Positions 1 to 2,895 of a DNA stretch of 2,895 nt are shown piece by piece. How positions within the stretch are numbered: the stretch's first letter is position 1; every line of letters begins with the position of its first letter. Source of the stretch: a virus (lineage: Duplodnaviria; Heunggongvirae; Uroviricota; Caudoviricetes). The notes under the pieces are model-generated. The model was not told the DNA's origin. It saw nothing but the letters and a program-made list of their open reading frames with translations, and made no database searches. The stretch is from the IMG/VR virus record IMGVR_UViG_648276660_000017, one strand, 5' to 3'. Position numbers and translations under genes: made by a program.

Positions 1-135
1 ATCGCCGCAGCCAATCCGGCTACTGTGCTGGCACTACTGGATGAAAACGAAAGACTGTGTCGCGAGCTGATAGCTCGTAATGGTGAGATTGAAGGGCTTC
101 GGAAGTGGGCAGAAGAACGGGAGATGCAACCATGA
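1..135 (+). CDS. 3' end of an upstream gene (5'-truncated by the window edge); Ead/Ea22-like segment
   Basis: Frame +1 is open from base 1 to TGA 133-135. Translation: IAAANPATVLALLDENERLCRELIARNGEIEGLRKWAEEREMQP. The motif IAA-x-NP-x2-V-x2-LLDE-x-ER recurs in the next gene (aa 67-84, nt ~330-383) and matches my recollection of the Ead/Ea22 phage family. The stop overlaps the next start codon (ATGA, 132-135), as expected for a translationally coupled operon. Confidence 0.6.
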   Translation: MAAANPATVLALLDENERLCRELIARNGEIEGLRKWAEEREMQP

Positions 136-1061
136 TGACTTTTACCAGCGAACAATTAGCTACCTTACGTAAGATAGCGCAACAGGCAACACAGGGCGAA
201 TGGCGTGCATTCATCTCGCCGGACACTGGTACATATGCGGTGCATACGCCGGGGGATGAACGTTGCGGAGACATTATCAAATGGCCTGGCTTTGACGACC
301 AGAAAAATGCAGAGAACAACGCAGAATTTATCGCAGCTTTCAACCCTAAATTAGTGCAGACACTGCTGGATGAACGGGAAAGAAACCAGCAATACATCAA
401 ATCACGCGACCAGGAGAACGAGGATATTGCGCTAACGGTAGGGAAGCTGCGCGTTGAGCTTGAGGAGGTGAGAGCAAAACTCAATGAACAACGCGAGTAT
501 TACGAGGGAGTAATCGCGGATGGAAGTAAGCACATAGCAGAACTGGAAAAACAATGCGCCGAATGGGAGCGAAAAGCATTAAGCAACTTTGAAGAGTGTG
601 CTGCGATGGCTGAACGTATCGAAGAGATGCAGACAAAATCTGCACCAGATTCGTTTGGCATCATCGGTGAAAATATTCGAACACAGGATAATCGAATAAC
701 GTCAGATCCTATGTTTTGTGTGTATCAAAAGCGCGAAATCGTTGTTGATGCTGATTATGACTATGACCGGATTGTCTGGGTTGATGAAGATGGCAATGAA
801 GCCAATAAACTCCAAAGTCGTCGTCTCGAACTACTTCATGAAAACTTTCGGGAGCCACCAGAAAAATGGCGGCGCGTTGCTGTGAAAGATATTGATGAAT
901 TCGTTACCTGCTGTTTCACCGAACAGGGTTGTAAAGACTACCTGGCAGCCAATGGTCACAATCTTCGCTTGCCATTTATATATGTAAAAAGCGGTTTCAG
1001 GAACGCTGAATATATCGGCATAAGAAACTGGCTTGCTGGTATTCGCATCAAAGGAGACTGA
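132..1061 (+). CDS. Ead/Ea22-like family protein, 309 aa: N-terminal Ead/Ea22-like domain, central coiled-coil, C-terminal ~145-aa domain of unknown function
   Basis: Long ORF in frame +3, stop TGA 1059-1061. Preferred start is ATG 132 (second in-frame ATG at 135), with GGGAG at 118-122 as Shine-Dalgarno about 9 nt upstream; the ORF-track start at 105 is a GTG with no better RBS. N-terminus (EQLATLRKIAQQATQGEW ... NAEFIAAFNPKLVQTLLDERER) fits the Ead/Ea22-like pattern as I recall it. Residues ~85-165 are rich in E/K/R/Q/L, consistent with a coiled coil. The C-terminal part (DSFGIIGENIR ... FIYVKSGFRNAEYIGIRNWLAGIRIKGD) is not recognisable to me. Confidence 0.8.
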   Translation: MMTFTSEQLATLRKIAQQATQGEWRAFISPDTGTYAVHTPGDERCGDIIKWPGFDDQKNAENNAEFIAAFNPKLVQTLLDERERNQQYIKSRDQENEDIALTVGKLRVELEEVRAKLNEQREYYEGVIADGSKHIAELEKQCAEWERKALSNFEECAAMAERIEEMQTKSAPDSFGIIGENIRTQDNRITSDPMFCVYQKREIVVDADYDYDRIVWVDEDGNEANKLQSRRLELLHENFREPPEKWRRVAVKDIDEFVTCCFTEQGCKDYLAANGHNLRLPFIYVKSGFRNAEYIGIRNWLAGIRIKGD

Positions 1062-1062
1062 T

Positions 1063-1272
1063 ATGGCTATTGCCGCAAGTTACACCATGCATCTCTATTG
1101 TGATTGTCGCCAGTGTACGGAAGGTGTATATCCAGTGCCAGACTTCGGTGAGTATATCGGTACGTCATGGTCTGGTTGTGCAAAAGAGGCCCGTAAAGAC
1201 GGGTGGCGAATAAGCAAAGACAAAACACGTACTTTTGCGCCCGGGCATAAAGTTTTGAGGATTAACACATGA
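1063..1272 (+). CDS. Hypothetical 69-aa mini-protein with a Cys cluster (C13-x-C15-x2-C18 ... C39), possible zinc-binding
   Basis: ATG 1063 is preceded by a near-consensus Shine-Dalgarno AAGGAG (1052-1057) and lies 1 nt after the stop of the preceding gene. Its stop TGA 1270-1272 overlaps the next start ATG 1269-1271 (ATGA). Translation: MAIAASYTMHLYCDCRQCTEGVYPVPDFGEYIGTSWSGCAKEARKDGWRISKDKTRTFAPGHKVLRINT. The ORF-track start at 1033 is a TTG lying inside the upstream gene and is less likely. Confidence 0.6.
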   Translation: MAIAASYTMHLYCDCRQCTEGVYPVPDFGEYIGTSWSGCAKEARKDGWRISKDKTRTFAPGHKVLRINT

Positions 1273-2042
1273 CCACTATTACCAAAGAACGTATTGAATT
1301 GTTCATTAAAAATCCGCTTGAAAACGGGCTTACTCGTGGCGAACAAATGGAACTGGCACGAATTGCACTGGCATCACTGGAACGCGAACTGATTCGCCAC
1401 GAGCATGCCAAATGGTCTGACTCCACATTTGGCTGCGTTGGCCCCATTGGTCCACTGAAACACCTCTCAAAAGAGGCTCTGGAAGCCGCAGCCGAACCAG
1501 ACGATCTCAGCGAGTGGGCTGATATGCATTTCCTGTTGTGGGATGCACAGCGCCGTGCTGGCATCAGCGATGCTGAAATTACCGCTGCTATGGAAGATAA
1601 ATTGAAGATCAACATGGAGCGCCAGTGGCCTGAACCAAAAGATGGTGAGCCTCGCTTGCACATTAAAGAACCCGGCAACTCTCCGGTAATTCCGGATGGT
1701 TTATCCACGGTATGCGCTGAGGCTTATCAGGTTGTAGGAGTTATGGCAGATGCGCTTGGTGTATTCGGTGATGCAGCAGTACAGAAAGTTCTGGATAACC
1801 TGTCACAGCAAAAACTTGTTCACAGAGATGTGCTGCCGTTCTCGCTTCCGGTAACTCCGGATGGTTGGATAAGCTGTAGTGATCGAATGCCGAACGACGC
1901 GCAGTGGTGCGTAGTGAACACAGAATACGGGTATTACGTGCAATGCTGGTCTGAAGGTCAAGGGTGGCTTGGTGATGATATCAGCATCCCTAAATGCGAT
2001 GTAATCAATTGGATGCCTCTACCAGAACCGCCGCAGGGGTGA
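1269..2042 (+). CDS. Two-domain phage protein, 257 aa: N-terminal MazG-like NTP pyrophosphohydrolase (DUF550 / dATP-dGTP diphosphohydrolase N-terminal type) fused to C-terminal DUF551
   Basis: ORF in frame +3, ATG 1269, with GAGG at 1256-1259 about 9 nt upstream; stop TGA 2040-2042. The N-terminal region carries an acidic E-x2-E ... E-x2-D arrangement (KEALEAAAEPDDLSEWADM, aa 68-86), typical of all-alpha MazG/HisE-type NTP pyrophosphatases. The C-terminus (DGWISCSDRMPNDAQWCVVNTEYGYYVQCWSEGQGWLGDDISIPKCDVINWMPLPEPPQG, aa 198-257) matches the DUF551 signature as I recall it (WIS..DR.P ... W.....WMPLPEPP). DUF550 and DUF551 are commonly fused in prophages of Enterobacteriaceae. Confidence 0.85.
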   Translation: MTTITKERIELFIKNPLENGLTRGEQMELARIALASLERELIRHEHAKWSDSTFGCVGPIGPLKHLSKEALEAAAEPDDLSEWADMHFLLWDAQRRAGISDAEITAAMEDKLKINMERQWPEPKDGEPRLHIKEPGNSPVIPDGLSTVCAEAYQVVGVMADALGVFGDAAVQKVLDNLSQQKLVHRDVLPFSLPVTPDGWISCSDRMPNDAQWCVVNTEYGYYVQCWSEGQGWLGDDISIPKCDVINWMPLPEPPQG

Positions 2043-2108
2043 AATGATGCTTGGCCTGAAGTATTTTATGTAATTGGTATTGCTATATTTTTATCTGGGG
2101 ATAAACGA

Positions 2109-2351
2109 ATGTTCTCTCTGATTCAACGTGGTCAGATATACACCGATAGCGCTGGCTATCCAGTAAAAATCATTCGTAGTACTGATCACTCAGTATTCTT
2201 CAAGAGGATGGATGGCTATCCTGGAAGAGTGTGCATCAGAAAATTCAATAATTTATTCGAACACATTGATCACAGAGAATATCACCAGATCCTGGCTGAA
2301 ACAGAACAGGAGAACCATCTGAAAAAATTACGTGCTATGCAAAGGAGATAA
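2109..2351 (+). CDS. Hypothetical 80-aa protein (possibly DUF4222-like) in an AT-rich moron-like pocket
   Basis: ORF in frame +3, ATG 2109, with GGGGA at 2096-2100 about 8 nt upstream; stop TAA 2349-2351. Translation: MFSLIQRGQIYTDSAGYPVKIIRSTDHSVFFKRMDGYPGRVCIRKFNNLFEHIDHREYHQILAETEQENHLKKLRAMQRR. The pattern G-x2-Y-x-D-x2-G ... V-x-F-x-R-x2-GY ... C ... F resembles small DUF4222-type phage proteins found near integrases, but this is recalled and unverified. GC is lower than in the upstream genes (about 37% in a 60-nt hand-counted sample, against about 53% in a sample of the DUF550/551 gene). Confidence 0.65.
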   Translation: MFSLIQRGQIYTDSAGYPVKIIRSTDHSVFFKRMDGYPGRVCIRKFNNLFEHIDHREYHQILAETEQENHLKKLRAMQRR

Positions 2352-2400
2352 ACCGGTAAAGGTGTTCGCGATAAAGGTGAATATCGGCAATGAATAACAA

Positions 2401-2430
2401 TCCTCGCACTCGCGGGGATTTCTTTTATCT
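2401..2430 (+). terminator. Hairpin plus U-tract (terminator- or attenuator-like), first of a tandem pair
   Basis: Inverted repeat tcctcgc (2401-2407) / gcgggga (2412-2418) with 4-nt loop actc: 7 bp including one G-U wobble at 2404/2415. Followed by tttcttttatct (2419-2430). Confidence 0.35.
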
Positions 2431-2458
2431 GAACTCGCTACGGCGAGTTTTGTTTTAT
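2431..2458 (+). terminator. Hairpin plus U-tract (terminator- or attenuator-like), second of a tandem pair, immediately upstream of the 55-aa gene RBS
   Basis: Perfect inverted repeat aactcgc (2432-2438) / gcgagtt (2443-2449) with 4-nt loop tacg, extendable by a G-U pair at 2431/2450. Followed by ttgttttat (2450-2458), which runs into the GGAG at 2459-2462. Confidence 0.4.
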
Positions 2459-2469
2459 GGAGATGATAA

Positions 2470-2637
2470 ATGCACTTCCGAGTCACAGGTGAATGGAATG
2501 GAGAACCATTCAACAGAGTTATCGAAGCAGAGGACATCAACGACTGCTATAACCACTGGATGATATGGGCGCAGATAGCGCATGCAGACGTAACCAATAT
2601 TCGAATTGAAGAACTGAAAGAACACCAAACCGCCTGA
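2470..2637 (+). CDS. Hypothetical 55-aa mini-protein (absent from the supplied ORF track, probably below its length cutoff)
   Basis: ATG 2470 in frame +1 with GGAG at 2459-2462 (7-nt spacer); stop TGA 2635-2637 sits in the loop of a strong intrinsic terminator hairpin. My translation: MHFRVTGEWNGEPFNRVIEAEDINDCYNHWMIWAQIAHADVTNIRIEELKEHQTA. Composition is balanced and protein-like. I believe I have seen near-identical hypothetical proteins next to xis/int in enterobacterial prophages, but cannot name a family. Confidence 0.6.
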   Translation: MHFRVTGEWNGEPFNRVIEAEDINDCYNHWMIWAQIAHADVTNIRIEELKEHQTA

Positions 2638-2650
2638 TGGCGGTTTTTTA
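2627..2650 (+). terminator. Rho-independent terminator downstream of the 55-aa gene and upstream of xis
   Basis: Perfect 8-bp stem aaaccgcc (2627-2634) / ggcggttt (2639-2646) with 4-nt loop tgat and a GC-rich core (ccgcc/ggcgg), followed by a run of six T (2644-2649). The hairpin followed by a T-run is oriented for + strand transcription. Confidence 0.7.
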
Positions 2651-2694
2651 TTGCCTGATTTGCAGGTTCGATTCCCTATTCGGAGATAGCACTC

Positions 2695-2895
2695 ATGCAA
2701 CACGAACTACAACCTGATTCACTGGTTGATTTGAAATTCATCATGGCCGATACTGGCTTCGGTAAGACCTTCATCTATGACCGGATTAAGTCCGGCGACC
2801 TGCCTAAAGCCAAAGTTATCCACGGGCGAGCAAGATGGTTATATCGTGATCATTGTGAATTCAAAAATAAGCTCTTAAGCCGCGCCAATGGGTAA
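2695..2895 (+). CDS. xis: Excisionase / AlpA-family helix-turn-helix DNA-binding protein, 66 aa
   Basis: ATG 2695 with GGAG at 2682-2685 (9-nt spacer); stop TAA 2893-2895 is the last triplet of the window. Translation: MQHELQPDSLVDLKFIMADTGFGKTFIYDRIKSGDLPKAKVIHGRARWLYRDHCEFKNKLLSRANG. The segment IMADTGFGKTFIYDRIKSG followed by a basic wing (GRARWLYRDHCEFKNK) has the layout of AlpA/Xis-type small winged-helix proteins. Position at the distal end of an early-left-type operon is where lambdoid phages place xis, just before int. Confidence 0.7.
   Translation: MQHELQPDSLVDLKFIMADTGFGKTFIYDRIKSGDLPKAKVIHGRARWLYRDHCEFKNKLLSRANG

Noticed and set aside
105-131. GTG start at 105 proposed by the ORF track for the Ead/Ea22-like gene
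   Set aside because: ATG 132 has a GGGAG Shine-Dalgarno at the right distance and forms the ATGA overlap with the upstream stop. The GTG at 105 would overlap the upstream gene by 31 nt without a better RBS.
20-484. 154-aa ORF on the minus strand
   Set aside because: It lies entirely antisense to the well-supported Ead/Ea22-like genes, is Ser-rich and low-complexity (SSSSTRSFPTVSAISSFSWS), and has no convincing RBS. It is a typical shadow ORF of a coding region.
1033-1062. TTG start at 1033 for the 79-aa version of the Cys mini-protein
   Set aside because: ATG 1063 is preceded by the near-consensus AAGGAG at 1052-1057. The TTG lies inside the upstream gene with no RBS.
1262-1708. 148-aa ORF on the minus strand, with the nested 1467-1661 and adjacent 1095-1346 minus-strand ORFs
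   Set aside because: All are antisense to the MazG-like/DUF551 gene and the Cys mini-gene, with Ser/Arg-rich low-complexity translations. The + strand genes have RBSs, coupling and recognisable domains, so these are shadow ORFs.
2043-2108. Possible sigma70 promoter for the 80-aa gene in the AT-rich spacer
   Set aside because: Only poor -35/-10 pairs with wrong spacing are available (for example ttggta / gggata, or ttgcta with no -10). AT-richness alone is not evidence of a promoter, so I did not annotate one.
2390-2563. Alternative 57-aa ORF in frame +2 (MNNNPRTRGDFFYLNSLRRVLFYGDDKC...), overlapping the hairpins and the 55-aa gene
   Set aside because: It has a weaker RBS (AAGGTG at 10 nt), reads through both hairpin/U-tract elements, has a Ser/Thr-rich tail, and ends in the middle of the better-supported frame +1 gene. 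It could in principle be a leader peptide, but I see no specific support for that.
2328-2703. Minus-strand ORFs 2328-2540 (70 aa) and 2455-2703 (82 aa)
   Set aside because: They run antisense through the hairpin/terminator spacer, the 55-aa gene and the xis start. They lack RBSs, and their orientation is opposite to an otherwise entirely + strand operon.
1-2895. Searched for tRNA, CRISPR repeats, IS terminal inverted repeats, att-like direct repeats and an integrase
   Set aside because: None seen. There are no spaced direct repeats, no cloverleaf-like conserved tRNA blocks, no transposase ORF, and no ORF of integrase size. The integrase and attachment site are expected beyond the right edge of the window.

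Overview
All convincing coding capacity is on the + strand: the 3' end of one gene, then six complete genes, ending in an AlpA/Xis-type excisionase gene whose stop codon is the last triplet of the window. The gene content (two tandem Ead/Ea22-like proteins, a MazG-like NTP-pyrophosphatase fused to DUF551, several mini-proteins, then excisionase) and the tight translational coupling match the early-left (pL-side) accessory operon of a lambdoid prophage of Enterobacteriaceae. The integrase and attachment site would be expected just off-window to the right. I see no rRNA, tRNA, CRISPR array, IS element or integrase in the window. The best candidate for something undescribed is the AT-rich pocket at 2043-2694, between the DUF551 gene and xis. 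It holds two orphan mini-genes (80 aa, and a 55-aa ORF missing from the supplied ORF track), separated by two hairpin/U-tract elements and followed by a clean intrinsic terminator. A 69-aa Cys-cluster mini-protein wedged between the Ea22-like and MazG/DUF551 genes is a second candidate. Family assignments are from memory of the protein families, not from any search, and no function can be assigned to the small genes from sequence alone. I flag them as candidate host-takeover or anti-defence cargo, as hypotheses only.
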